Shown here: positions 62,522 to 64,000 of the stretch, piece after piece
Layout of the letters: every line of letters begins with the position of its first letter
Numbering within the stretch: the stretch's first letter is position 1
Assembly (NCBI GenBank): GCA_000320545.1
Contig: ADNK01003147.1
Span: forward strand, 1 to 64,000
Length of the DNA stretch: 64,000 nucleotides
Origin: Bigelowiella natans CCMP2755
Lineage: Eukaryota; Protista; Cercozoa
Direction of reading: 5' to 3'
The notes under the pieces: generated by a model
Databases searched by the model: none
What the model was told of the DNA's origin: nothing
Seen by the model: only the letters and a program-made list of their open reading frames with translations
Program-made: the position numbers and the translations under genes

Positions 62522-64000
62522 CGATGACGCAATGCAATACGACTTTCGTGCCTATAAATGGGTTGAAACAGAGGGGAGCTAATGAAAGAAGAAGGCTATT
62601 TACATCAATATCAAAGAGCAGGAGGTATAAAGGAGAGTAAAGGCTACTTACATCGATACCAAAGAGCAGGAGATACAAAGGAGAGTGACTCCCTTTCATC
62701 ACTTGCCGTATCAAGCCTCCTTGAATTAGAAGAGGCGTTCAAGTAGGCAGGCATAACCGACTACAACAACAACAACTACTACTACGACCACTACTACTAC
62801 TCCTATTATCAATTGTTCTCTTTGCAAAAATGTGAGTTCGTAAGTAGAGTTATTCGCAAGAAAGGCTTTTATTCAAGAGTACAGCAATTGGTTGCTGTGC
62901 GTCAGCCGCCTTCTTAGTAACGATTAGTAACTACAACGTTCTCCTCCATCGGCCATGTTTGGCAAGTGATAATCTAGTGCCCAAGCAGCAGCCATCTTGG
63001 CATCGTCTATCGGTAGTAACATGCGTGCTCCCTCTATTGTATCCCCACTTAGCTACTCAATGCTTGACATCTTTTCCACAACAATCCGAATGCCAGTGGA
63101 ACGAAGAGAGATGGTAAACATTGGTGTGAGACGACTTTAAAAGGATATTCGTAGTACCAATGCATGGGTAGTAACGAAGTTCCGCTATATATATCTCTGT
63201 ATCCAGTCGCGAAATCGTATGTCCTCTAGGATATGAGTGCTGATAACTTAAAATCTTGATGTTTTTCATTGCTCTGCTGGATATCCAGCCAATGCACCAA
63301 TAACGTCGGGAACTAATGTGACAAGCTTCCATCCTATTCAAAACTAAGACTCGAGATCAACACCAACTCATAGCAGCCGACTTTGCTATAGAACTGCATA
63401 TGGACATAATGCATAAACGATGAGCTAGACACGATATCCAAACGCATCGATTGCAATTCCAGCTCCTGCTCCAAATTCTATAATTGCTGACGCGTGGTGT
63501 ATGAGCAAACCTCTCCTTTCAATGACTTTATTGTGTGCACATTTCATGCGCACGTGTGCATTTGGCCTGTACGTGTACATCGAATTATATTATTCCATTG
63601 CATGGATTTGTGATGTTCACATGCACCACTGTCCAAACACATATTTGTCTAGATATGTCTGCATGGAGCATTCTGTGCGATCATTTAGACCTGTTTTGTT
63701 TTTAGATGAACGTGTATGAGACTTTGTATCGTAAGATCGACGGATGTAGTTAATCAATTAAATTTTCTTCAATGGTCATTCTTGTCTAGTTGTGCAGCTG
63801 TGCCCCCACATGTGTGTGACAAAGTTTGACAAATGTGTCATTCGAGCATGATGTTACACTAGCACATGGAACATGCACATATAAGCGAGCGCTCATTCTA
63901 GCATTCTACAACCAGCAGAAACCACACAGAATGTGCACTCATGCATTTGGCCAACCCCAGCGCATGCAGTACTAGAGTACGTGCAGCGCGCAGCGGCAAA

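Noticed and set aside
1-64000. A deaminase or methyltransferase gene that could be the mutator; tRNA/rRNA genes
   Set aside because: No HxE..PCxxC deaminase or methyltransferase motifs and no structured RNA genes were recognised. Any enzyme would be encoded elsewhere.

Overview
Intron-rich eukaryotic (protist-like) nuclear DNA with many (TA)n/(CA)n/(GA)n microsatellites; the species cannot be determined from the window. Genes I can support: (1) a ~16 kb polycystin-1/REJ-like receptor (mucin + SRCR + TNFR-like + REJ + GPS + TMs + PDZ-like); (2) an NLR-like gene (SAM-CHAT-STAND-NB-ARC-20xTPR-CHAT-STAND) and an adjacent truncated paralogous copy; (3) a Sel1-repeat gene; (4) a large secreted modular protein; (5) a 2-TM Cys-rich protein; (6) a PH-domain protein; (7) a BBE-like FAD oxidase pseudogene; (8) a CPBP/Abi protease. 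Mobile elements: a Gypsy-type integrase remnant, a possible Copia remnant and a 951-bp TIR element. The strongest signal is not a gene. Transposon remnants and duplicated gene fragments sit in islands almost free of TpA. Aligning the two NLR copies shows strongly polarised TpA->TpG/CpA (A:T->G:C) changes that turn conserved Tyr into Cys/His. This is the reverse of fungal RIP and suggests a repeat-targeted adenine-mutating genome-defence process. Counts are manual and approximate, and splice models were read by eye.
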